From assembly GCA_964016885.1 (NCBI GenBank), contig OZ024740.1:108252001-108316000 (forward strand): a DNA stretch of 64,000 bases. Direction: 5' to 3'. This DNA comes from Eledone cirrhosa (Eukaryota). The notes under the pieces are model-generated. The model saw nothing but the letters and a program-made list of their open reading frames with translations, had not been told where the DNA came from and searched no databases. Shown in pieces: positions 1 to 64,000 of the stretch. A program made the translations under genes and the position numbers. Each line of letters starts with the position of its first letter. Position 1 is the stretch's first letter.

Positions 1-445
1 GACTGGTGTCACTTTGTGTCTTTGAGTAAAGCACTTCACTTCATTTCATGTTGTTCCAGTTCACTCATTTGAAAATGGTTATCAACAGCAGTTCCCTGCA
101 ACAGACTGATGTACCCTTTCAAGGGAGTCAGTCTTGTACTTACAGTTGCATAACATCCATGAAACCAGGATAATCTCCAGTCTTCATCAAACCCACGCAA
201 ACATAGAAAAATGTCCTTTGAATATAGCATAACTGCAGTTGGGCATGCTCAGTTTATATAGTAGTTATAAGTGAAAATAACCGTCCAAAATCTGCTAGAT
301 ATTATTATTGAGTTCAAAATCTCTCCACAGTCAGCTTTGCCTGTTATCTTTCCAGGGTTTATAAAATAAAATACCAGTCATGTACTGGAGTCGATGTAAT
401 TAACTTTTCCCTCCCTTCAAATTGTTGACCTTGTGACTAAATTAG

Positions 446-880
446 CCAGCTGGCTTAGACCGTGGAGATGGCAAGTGCCCCGACGGAATCACCCTCTTCC
501 CATTTGAAGGCGGTAGATCCTTCATTTGTGATGCCACCTGCTGCAACACGTTCTCCACCTCCAACTTAATTGCTTCAGCCACAAACCCTGGCATCGCAGC
601 CCGCCACAGAAGAACATAAAATAAACAAATATCGGGGTTTGTCCAGCCGCTTTCTCTTCGCACCGGTCACTGTTGAGACCTCAGATGTAATTGAACCCCG
701 CAAAGTCGAGCTCCTCTGCAAGATCAGAATGTCGGCTGCCCATCTGAGGAAGGAGTCCCGCAAGGTTGTGTGGCTGTTGCAGCGGGTGCCGTGGGGCACA
801 GCGCTTCTGCCTCTAGGCCCAAAGCCCGATCACCCCCTCCCGTTCTTTTTTCTTCTTTTTTTATTATTACTGTTATCATT
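446..880 (+). mobile_element. 3' remnant of a CRE-like non-LTR retrotransposon (restriction-like endonuclease domain)
   Basis: From 446 reads PAGLDRGDGKCPDGITLFPFEGGRSFICDATCCNTF...(frameshift)...EEHKINKYRGL..FLFAPVTVETS...WLLQR, the RPDG/DAT/K..KY/PVAVET pattern; followed by a T-rich/(TTA) tail. Confidence 0.75.
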
Positions 881-890
881 GTTGTCGTTA

Positions 891-2213
891 TCTATATATA
901 ATATAAAAGAGATATGTTTGTTGGTTGATTGGTTGGTTGGCTGAATCACATGGAAACTTCACACACATGCACACATCTAAAGAGAGAGAGATACAATTAA
1001 AGTGTTAGATATTCACAGAGAGAGAGTGACATCCCACAAAAGTGTAGAATTGGTTTAAACTATAGATCAAAGTATCAGTTGATGGTTTAAATATATTGCA
1101 TTAGCTTTTATAAAACTCGTTTTACACCAGTCTTTGATTTTATAGAATAAAGAAAAAATTGATACTATTTGAAATTAATCTACAGTGTATATTAATTTAG
1201 CTTTTTGGGGATAGTATCATATTATTATTGACCTAATTCAGATGAGATAGTGTCAACCTATTCTCTGAGGCTGCTATTTGCATTTATTTCTATTTTTTAT
1301 ATTGCTTTGTATTGTTTGGGTTTTTTTCACGATATTTTCCAAGAAAATTAATTTCATCATGTCACCAAAACACCGCTCATCTATCAAGGGAGTTACAATG
1401 TCTGCCATACATTTGAGATCTTTAAGCGAAAGAGAAACTCACAAACAATATAAAAAAAGGGAATAAAGGGACCAGTCAACATTGTGATATTCAGCAGAAT
1501 ATGAGACGGGGAAACAGAAAGGTTAAGACAGCAAGAAAGACGATTGTAACTTTCTGAAAGTGTACAGAACCTGAGACAAGAAACAGAAAGATTAAGGCAA
1601 GAAGAAAGACTATCGTAACAAACAGAGGTTCATTATGAAAATCACCAAGAGGCAATGACAGTTGCAATGCAAACTCGACGAGCACAAAGGACTCTTCAAG
1701 GCAGAATAAACTGGCTAAGAGCTGCGTTTTCATATGATCAATCAAAGAATTATAGAAATGGTCCTAAAGTCGCGATTGGTAGCATGGATATTACACTTGA
1801 CATATGTTGCTTAGGAAGAAAGGTCAGACTTCTACTGATAGAGGACCCTCCAGCTTTTATCCATATATTGCTGACAGACCGTACTAACGAAGCTAAATAC
1901 ATCAGAAGCAAAGTTATGTGGTGTAATGCATTTCAGATGATGTCCTTTGGAGCTGAAAAAGATCATGCTGACCATGGTTATTTCATATTTAAAATCCAAG
2001 GCCAATGCTATCATTTAATCAGTAGTTTACCCCCCCCCCCCCCCCTCCAAGCCTTATAAGGAAGTTTTATGATTGTTTTTTTTTTTTTATGTCTCTCACA
2101 CACATTACGGTCTCACCTCATACTGTAAACCAGACAACACATCCAATACAGTTTTCTCTTTTATCCGTCTTCTCTTAACTGTTCTCCTGGGCGAAGCTGG
2201 ATACCTCAACTAG
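891..2213 (+). mobile_element. Helitron, internally deleted, with RepHel N-terminal remnant (ORF 1655-2059)
   Basis: A|TCTATATATA 5' end; subterminal CCTGGGCGAAGCTGG then CTAG|T at 2210-2214; peptide CCLGRKV..PP..LL..NAFQMMSFGA..FKIQGQCYHLISSL. Confidence 0.85.
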
Positions 2214-2725
2214 TTATGTATATGGTTTTGTACTGTTGATATTTAAATAACTATAATATTTTCCACAAATAAAATTACAACAAAAACAAACAAAAAATTA
2301 GAAAGTATTATTATTATTAATGATTAGAGGCAATTTTGAATAATTAATTGCTACAACTTAAACTTGCATAACTTTAGCCAGCCTTCTAAGAAATGACATC
2401 ACATAGGAAGTGTCTTGAGTAGGAAGAGGCAACTAAAAAGTATAGTAGCAGGAAAGGTATTCGGTCATAAAATATTGCTTCAGAAAGGACCCTATGATGA
2501 GTATGAAGCCTGTCATGGGACACACTTGGCTAATACCTGCTTTAGAAAAGAAAATGACCTTAAAATGCTAATCTGTTTCTTGAATGATAATACTTTTTTT
2601 CAATATTGTATTTAGTAATTCTGAATATGTTATCTGTTGAAAATGATAATGAATTAATTATATATATTCTTATAATGTATTTAGTAATTTTAAATATAAT
2701 TAAATTACATGTTGAAATCTATTAA

Positions 2726-55464
<52,739 letters not shown>

Positions 55465-58400
55465 CTGCCAACAATTCCCAAGATAGTGGCTAATGAGGAA
55501 AAAAGTAAGATATGCCAATAGCAGCAGCAGCAGGAACAACAAGAAGAGCTGTTCATGTGCAGACATCATTGCTGTTGGTGGTCAGCTTTAATAAAGTGCT
55601 GGCAACAGCAATTTGTTGACATAGAAACATGTTGGCTTGTTCTGCCAGTGGCACTTAGTTGTATGTCCATGTGTGTGTGTATGTGTGCCAGCCCTGCCAA
55701 CATCTCCTGCAATACTTCCTACATTCAATATGCCTCTTTCATCTTTTCTCTATACTGTTTTTATTTTAAAACTTAACCTGATGACAGAGAGCGTGTAGAT
55801 GTGAGCTATTTATGAAAGGGTGACATTATTGTTCTCTCATTCTTCTGACATGGAAACAACTGCAGCTGGCATTAGTATCTTTTAATCTCTCCCTTATCTT
55901 TTTCTTTCTCCCTCTCCCTCCGTACCTGAAGCATTATGGCTATCACAGCTTGCTGCTTGTCCCCAAATATAGTTACCAAGATTGTAACAACTTTTATTTC
56001 TCTGTGGATATACCAACTAAGATAATTGGAATAAAATATCTGACCCACAGTAAACACAACCATTACTATCACCACCACTAATAATACATTACTGTTATTT
56101 ACTGTAAAAAAAGAAAGGATATCTGTATTCTACATATAGGTTATCAACATAGATCTCTATTAAAAAATAAATACAACTATTGTTATACACATTTAACTCA
56201 CACATCCACACATTTATGTGAAACAAATCTTTTGTTTTGGAAATCTACAAATTACACTAAAATTCAGATGCTCTTTGCATTACAGAAACAAACACAACCT
56301 TTAAAAATATTTTTTTAAAGATCTTCAAGACAAGTATGTTTTAACACCACACATTGTTGTCTGTCTACTCTCTTGCTCTTGTATATTGCTACTTGTCTAC
56401 TACTACTGCAACTCTTTACCGTCCACCAATACATTCTAGATCAACTTCTACCTTCATCTCTACTAAATAGTTTTACTCTCTGGTGGTGATGGTGATGATG
56501 GCACATCTTTCAGCCTTGTCTCACAATTTTTTCAAATTTACTGAAACACATTAATAGAAATATAGGAAATCTGTACACCTTGTTTGGTTCTTGAGCAACT
56601 TCTGAAGACAGCTAGCTTTATTATGTAGGACTAGTGTCCAGTTATTTCAATTGACACTAACAATTTGCTATGTTACTTATACGTTAGTCCTTCTTCCCCT
56701 TCCTCTCTCTTGTAACCCCCCTCACTTTCTCTCTTGTAGTCTTTACATTCAATTTGACTAGAAATATATTAAAAACTGGAGTGGAAGGTTGAAATTATTT
56801 CCAGGAAAGGAAAAAAAAATAGTTTGCTTGAGTATCTCTTGCAAGATTCTGTTTTTAAATTTTACATTTGAAATGTCAGGTTTCTCTCAAATGGACATGT
56901 AAAGAAACCAGATGACTTTTCAATAATTTGGACATACTCCTAAAGGTAAATAATAATAACAATAAAAGAATATCATTTCCCTTCTCTAGAACATTTGAAA
57001 AATCTGTTGAAAAAGGAAATATTAGAAACTGCGATATATGGAAAGGTGTTTAGTATAAATGACTGGAACTGGAAAAATTATTAATAAAACTGAAGGCTTG
57101 TTTGTAGATTTTTGTTATTTTCTATCACTTGATTACTGTTAGCAGAACTTCAATGCAATTTTATCTGTTGTTGCATTGCTGCTACTGCATATCAGTATGC
57201 ATTGCTACTACTGCATTCCCTTCTTGACTGTTTCTCCATTTATCTCTCTCCTAACTTTAAGCTTTGCTGCTTTTATTTCTTAACATCTTGTATTGATTTA
57301 GTAGAAAATATCGAAAAACTGATTTATTTATTCAAATATTTATAGTATTTTTATTAGTAGACAGATAATTGTGAAAATCTGCAGTAAACTAGACTTTAAT
57401 TTTTACTGTGGTGCATAGTGCTGCTTTGTATTTATCAAAAATAATTTGCTAATATGGTTTTATGTGGTACAGGACATTAATTCTTAACACCCTCAAATGA
57501 TTTAGAAGAAAAATAAAAAAAATAGGTTGTTAACTCAAATGTTTATAGTAGCTTTACTAGTGGATAGAATGTTGAAATTTTTCTGTGATAGTGCTGTTCT
57601 GAACTTTTCAAGAATGTCTTAATACAGTTTCATATGGTTCAGGACATTGAAAATTAAATATTGACAAATGTTTTCAAGCTAGATTATATCAAATAGTTTC
57701 TGTTATCTAATTCAATAGCAATTATGTAATATTTCTAGTTAATTTTATTTTTATGTTGATAAATAAACCCCCTTCCTCTCTCTCTAGTTATTTTAATGTA
57801 TTACATCTCAGCTTCTAATACTGCCTTTTTCTTGGACCGGTGAAAACTTCCACTTTTCTACAATCATATACATAACAATCTTGTTGTATATATGTGTGTA
57901 TAGTGTGTACATAAATTGTTATATATACATAAACATGTGCCAGTGACATGTATATAAGCTTCAATCAAGTTTGAAGAAATAATTTTCCTATTATTATTAT
58001 TGCTATTAATTAATTAATATTTTATGAAAGAGGGTTTCTTTTCCTCTGTTAGATCTCATTTGTTTAGGTAATCCTTCCCTTCACAATTGTCCATGTGACT
58101 GGTTACTATGTAGAACCTTTACCCATGGCTGTTAATACTGCTATGTCATAGCTACAGTAAAAACTATTTGCTGTAACTGAACTGACATTACAGAAGACAC
58201 TTGCTTCAATTATTTTCTCTATCTTTACCTCTGATTAAAACTAACTCTTCCCACTTTTTTCTCCCCCTTCTGTATGAAGTTTGTGTGAAGATGATTATTT
58301 CAGTAATCTTTCGTAACTGTTGTTTATGTTTGAAAGTAAATTCTTCAATGAATTAGCAAATTAAAGAAAGAAAAATGTTTTTTCTTTTGATAGAAAATTC

Positions 58401-59061
58401 TTGTTTTCTTTAACCCTTTTGTTACCATATTTCTAATGAAATTACACTGCCATGAATGTGCATGGCCTTTGGGTTAATACGTTGGACTGAGAATCATAAG
58501 ATTATGGGTTTGATTTCCGGACCAGGTGGCATGTTGTGTTCTTGAGCATGATGCTTCATTTCACTTAGGACTGGTAACCCTGTCATTAAAATATACACAA
58601 AATCTGTTATGAGATGCAACCTCGTAGGAAGCCAGCTGAACATGCAAAAGTATGAACTGTAAAATTCAGTTATTTTTTTTTCTGTTTTAATTAATTTTGG
58701 AAATATTCAACAATTTCTAAGGTTTAGTAGGAAAAAAAAAGGTTCTTAGATCTTATTGGTTTTGATATATTAAGCAAGGACACTTTAAAAGATGTTTTGT
58801 ATCCTAGAACTAGGAGTTGGTATCAAAAAACTTAACTTACCAAACTACAAATTTGCCAGATATTTTCAACAACTCTCTTAAGACAATCTTTAGTTTGTGC
58901 ATATATTTTTTACAGGCAGCATCATTACATCATAGATTATGTTTGTCCAAATAAAAAGTCATTTGGCACCACCAGTGGCTGTTCACTTTACTTAAATATG
59001 TATTGTGTGATGGAATCACTTTACCTAAATGTATATAGGTGAGAATTTTTGAAAAAATAAA
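55465..59061 (+). other. Probable long USP7 3' UTR; candidate AATAAA signals at 55590, 57513, 57762, 58949, 59056
   Basis: About 3 kb after the stop is nearly free of the TEs that fill the introns; the actual end is not determinable from sequence. Confidence 0.5.
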
Positions 59062-59479
59062 AATGACTTGTTTCGATTAAGGGTTTTCAGACTAGACTAA
59101 TTATTTTATTCTTTTATTGGTTTCAGTCATTAGACTGTGACTACACTGGAACGCTTTCCAGAGAGAAAGTTAATCATATTGACTGCGACCTCTATTATTA
59201 AAACATCTCGGCTGTAAATTTTTTTTTTAAAATTGACCCCAGAACTTATATTTTTCAAACCTGGTAATTATTTTATCAATCTCTCTTCATCAAACTGTTA
59301 AGTTACAGGACATCAACAAACAGTAAACACACATGCTCACATATACATGTATATGACGGGCATCTTAAAGTATTGATCAACCCATGGGTATAATAGAAGA
59401 CTCTTGTCCAATGGATCAATGGGACTGAATTCAAAATCACATTGTTGTGAATCAAATTCTTTTACACAGCAATGCCTGT

Positions 59480-59780
59480 GCCTTCTTTTCCACCCGCTTA
59501 TTTGTGGGGGCAGAGTCTTCAAACACCTTCCTGTTAAAAACAACTGTCTCCAATTGATCCAGCTGGAACCCCAAGAAAAACCAGCTGAGCTTATGGATGT
59601 TATCTAACCATCCTGCCAGTTGGTTTTGCTTGTACAATCTGTCCAGCATTTCCTGAGGCATTCTAATAACGTAATATCATAGCTGTGATCTCTCAATTCA
59701 GAAAAGTAGTGGCTCTACCTGGAGTGACTTTCTTATCTCCAAGCTATGCATTCTATCAAGTAACATTGCTCCAAAGATCT
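59480..59780 (-). mobile_element. Expander/Rex3-like RTE 3' fragment
   Basis: Reverse complement reads IERSQL...RMPQEMLDRLYKQN; similar to 21720-21900. Confidence 0.65.
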
Positions 59781-61080
59781 TGCATGTATCTTAACAAAAC
59801 TGAAAGAGGATTAGAATAAATCTGCCAGTCCAACTTAGGGTTAAACATATTGCATTTTGGGCTGAGTTCACACCGCCAGGATGATCACGTTGAAGCTGGT
59901 TTAATTTTAGATGCAATCTTCGAGATTTTCTATTTCCATAAGGGTTACTGCATGAAATGTCCATTCATCATTGGCCAATCTGAATTTGCTTTCAGTTCTT
60001 ATCTTTATTTTTAAGAGACATCTGGAGGAAAGGTTGGTGACCATTCTTCTCACCACCTAGACTAGAGAGATTAAAGTTCCTCTTAAACTGTTGGTAGTCT
60101 ACTCCTTTTGGAAAGATATGAGCAGGATTTAAAATAGGGAATAGTGGGTGGGTGTCCACAACATGGAAGTAGCATCAGACCAGCTAATTCAAAGGGACAG
60201 ATTATTGGAGTGGGGAAGGCACAAATTATCTCTAATTTGCATATTGTGATACTGAACTTTGTGTGTTTTTCAGTTTCACTGATTGGGGTGTGCAATTTTT
60301 GAGACATACTGTCTGTCCCACCCCATCCCCTTCTGTAATTTAGTCTAATTTCTTGATCAGAGTTTTAGTTTTTCACTTCATGCTATGGAAATGTAACCTA
60401 GTGGTTGGTGTGTTGGACTCATAATCATAATGGCATAGGTTCAATGGCTGGATCAGGCAGCATGTGTTCTTGACCCAGAGGCTTCATTTCATGACTGGGT
60501 CCCCATTGTTAAAACAAACTTCGTAGGAGAGCAGCTAAACCTGTATAGTTCTGTAAATTTTCATTTGCAGCCATTGCTAGTAACACTGGAATCTAGTGTA
60601 TTCTTTGCTAAACACTCCATACTGAAGTTACCTAAACTAGAGTCTTTACATTTATTTATCAAACCTGACAAACTGAAGTTAATAGGTTGTGGCAGTTCAA
60701 TTCATTTGTAGCTGCAACTATCCATGTTCAATGTGACATAGTCTCTACTTGCCTTACACTATGTATAATTTGACATATTTTCCAGCAGAACTTTCCTTGA
60801 CTGTCTGTCTGGTTCATCATTTTGGGATCAGCTCAGATCTTCCTAAATCTCTTTCTTCTGCAACTACCTCCCACTGGAATCTCTTGTCACTTCTTCATCT
60901 AACGATCCTCATCCAAATACATCACATGTCTATGCCAGTGCATGTGTTTTGCATTTGATTCCTCTTATGTCCATTTTTTTTTTCAGCTCATCCATATTTT
61001 GCCTTACATGCACACTAACATAATGCATTCATAGGAGCTTGCTCAATCAGCCTAAATATGTAGCATTCTTCTTGATAGGT

Positions 61081-61115
61081 TTATTCATTTGTTTGGCTTC
61101 CAAACAAATGAATAA
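61081..61115. repeat. Perfect 16-bp inverted repeat with 3-nt loop
   Basis: TTATTCATTTGTTTGG-CTT-CCAAACAAATGAATAA. Confidence 0.9.
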
Positions 61116-61445
61116 TCTTGTGGATCACATTTTACTGTTAGCAGACATTTTTTACCAAAATTTTCTACCTTTTTTTTTTTAAATTTATATATCACATTTT
61201 TATGAGTAATTTCTGAGTTTTACGAAAGGATGAGTGACATCAATTATAACAATGGTAGACATAACATAATCAAGAAAATTCTGGTTATTTTTTACGCAGA
61301 TTGGGCAGTTTTGATAATGTTGGTGATTCTGGTGGGGTGTTAACCTGTGTCAGAAGGCAGAACTTCACCATTCATCCAGATGTTCATTAGTATGCAAATG
61401 AGCTAATTAGTTAAATTTTAACTTGTTTTGTTAGTTGTAATGCTT

Positions 61446-62764
61446 TGCAAGTTTTTCAAAAATTCATGACTTTCACACTTCTATTTGAAAGTTACTGATT
61501 TTGTGTGTTAGTATTGACAATTCCCCTTTAGTAGTTATCACTATATGACATCTGGCAAAAAAATTTCTGACCTTAGGCTGGAGGAAAAATAATCACTCAT
61601 TTGGTGGATTCAATTGCTACAAAGTAGGCTTATTTTTGCCTTCACAGCCTTAGCCCAGAGATTCTTCCACTGTTCAAAGCACACCTGGCATGACTCTCAA
61701 CTTCACTTTTGTAGTCTACATGATGTCGTCTTGATTCTCAAAGTGGAAGCCATTTAGTTGCATCTTCATTTTGGTGAACAGTCAGAAGGGGCCATGTCTG
61801 TAGAGTAGGGAGCTAAGATCAGAGTCTTTTTCAGGTAGAGCCAATACTAAAGGCATATGGTCAGAATGTCTCCAAAAAGAATAACTGGACAGATTTTTAT
61901 GGACAAAATCAACTGGTAAGATGGATAACATTCATGTGCTTGGCTCGTCTCGCTTGGGGATCCAGCCAAATCAATTGGAGATGATTGTTTTTATTAGGAC
62001 CCTCTGGAATGGAAAGTGTATCTAATGATTTTGTGCGCACGATCCTTTCAGGAATAAGTGGACAAAGAAGACTGCACATGCATAAATCCTCTATGAAAAT
62101 TGTGTGCAGAATCTTTGTTGATCCCAACTTCGTCACTGATTTTCCATACCATCAAACAATGATCTTCCATTACCACTGTCCAGAATTTCTACATTACAGT
62201 CTGTTGATGGAACACTGGTCACTCTCCACATATGTGCAACTATCTTTAAGTCTCTACCATTATTTTATTTGGGTAATGGCCATAACATTATTGCCAGATG
62301 TTGAATTTTGCAAATTATTTCTGTTTAAGTATCTCCAAGCTTTTAGCAAAACTTGATGCACCTCGTGTTCCATCCCGGCTTAAATGAAAATGCAACAAGT
62401 AGTACAGCACCTCACACACTGACTACCTGACAGTAACTGAAGCATCCAGCAAGCTCAACAATGCATGCACGTGTATGAATGTATGCAGCTCCACTTTTAT
62501 CTCCCCAACGCCATTATTTCCCATGGATGCTGGATTGGCAGTATTGGTAGAGAGTTGGATGCCATGCTTTGAAGCATAGAGTTACGTCCCTTTATGATCT
62601 GAGTTCAAATCGTGCCAAGGTTAACTTTGCCTTTCATCCTTACAGGGTTGATAAAATAAAATACCAGTAATACACTGAGTAATTGCTGGCTTTGTGCCAA
62701 AAGTAGAAACAATTATTTCCCATGGACAAAAGTAAAGCCATACACCGTTTTGAAAAATCTTGTA
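61446..62764 (-). mobile_element. Highly degraded mariner element
   Basis: Minus-strand APYSTDMAPSD (YSPDLAP motif) at ~61780-61813; imperfect TIRs t.caag.tttttcaaaa...atg.cttt at both ends. Confidence 0.65.
62528..62711 (+). mobile_element. tRNA-derived SINE with 15-bp TSD, nested in the mariner
   Basis: ATTATTTCCCATGGA at 62513-62527 and 62712-62726; closely similar to 10698-10878. Confidence 0.88.
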
Positions 62765-62877
62765 TAGTCAAAAATACGAAATCTTCCCAAAATATTTATA
62801 AGTCCCTCCATCATCAGATGAATCTTAGCTATAATGTTTCAGTAAAATAAGTGTTCGCTATGTTATAAGAAAATAAA

Positions 62878-63370
62878 TCTTCATTGCCAGCTTATTCCTG
62901 CAAGGGTCATAGAGGCAGAGTCCTCAAACACTCCTGTCTCCCCAAGCGAGACCAACCAAGCTCATGGATGGTATCTAACCTTCTTGCTCTGGGTCTCTTA
63001 CCGGTTAGTTTTGCTCGTAAAATCTGTGGGTGGTGTAAGTTTGTGCACCAACTACAGTTCCTTCTTTGAGGATGTAGTTAAGACAGTCATATATCCTGAT
63101 TGGAAACTTCAATGCATATGTTGGCACTGACCACCTGACATGGAAAAAATGGCGACCCCCAATCTAAATACGAATGGAGAGGCTGTACTAAACTTCTGTT
63201 CTATTAGTGGGCTTTCTATTATGAACACCTAGCACAGAGACATCCATAAATAGACATGGTATAGTCAAGGACAGAGATCAATAATTCATTTTTTAATTGT
63301 CTCTGATTCTGCGCTGAATGTTCGAGGGTTTGAGCTGTCAACTGATCACCATCCAGTTATCTGCAACTTG
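62878..63370. mobile_element. Expander/Rex3-like RTE fragments (3' end minus 62878-63030; endonuclease plus 63055-63370)
   Basis: ILIGNFNAYVG, QGQRSII, ELSTDHHPVIC; similar to 25050-25370. Confidence 0.72.
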
Positions 63371-64000
63371 ACACCTAAAGCCAAAGAAACACAGAAATTA
63401 AATCAACATATATAATTAATCTATTCTAAATATTGGGTTCTTCCTAAACTGACAAGGAATAACATTGCTGGAACTAATCGATATAGACACAACTTAAAAT
63501 CAAATATATCCTGACTAACTATGTAGGGACTAAATTCATTGCGAAGCAGGTTTAAGTGGACTAGCCAGTATGAGAGCTATGATAAGCAGTTGTGTCCCTT
63601 GTTGAGCCATCAAAATAACGACAAAATAATAGATATGAAATCAACTTGAAAGTTTGTGGTTAGGGTTAATGTGAATTCAATTCTAGGCAGTGCGTTATGT
63701 TCTTAAACAAGATGCTTCATTTCATGTTGCTTTTCGTGACAGGACTGGTCCTCCTGCCATTAGACTACATGAAAAACCTATGAGATGCAACTTCGGACGT
63801 GGTCAGATATAAGCCGTAATTTTTTTTTTCCTCTCTCAAATAAGTTAACTTGGCTTGTATTGCCTAAATTACTGGCAAAGCGACAAAATATTACTATCTC
63901 CAACATTACTTGAAGCCATAGCGTGAAACGATGGGTAAATTGCTGAGGAGCTTCCGTTGAGATGGTCAAATTTAAGCAATAACTAAGAACCCCAAGGGTT

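Noticed and set aside
59100-64000. A second protein-coding gene downstream of USP7
   Set aside because: The short ORFs map to SINE, mariner and RTE debris or show no recognisable domain; no convincing exon chain was found, though small exons cannot be excluded.

Overview
AT-rich eukaryotic (animal) genomic DNA. The repeat landscape suggests a mollusc, probably an octopus or other coleoid cephalopod (inference). The window is dominated by one + strand gene, USP7/HAUSP (ubiquitin C-terminal hydrolase 7). I traced 31 coding exons by hand (2733-55464, 3134 nt, all introns GT-AG, continuous frame, about 1,040 aa). They run from the MATH/TRAF domain through an intact Cys-His-Asp catalytic domain and the UBL region to the activating tail ...[10 protein letters not shown]. 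The first exon(s) lie upstream of the window. The introns hold a dense TE collection: (1) RTE-clade LINEs whose reverse transcriptase carries an in-frame C4HC3 PHD-type zinc finger inserted between RT motifs, the most interesting signal here; (2) an Expander/Rex3-like RTE; (3) CR1 LINEs; (4) a CRE-like restriction-endonuclease LINE remnant; (5) four Helitrons; (6) piggyBac elements and MITEs; (7) a DD37D maT transposon; (8) mariners, one with ~100-bp TIRs; (9) many tRNA-derived SINEs. No rRNA, true tRNA or CRISPR features were found. Most ORFs in the supplied track are TE fragments, antisense shadows or exon read-throughs.
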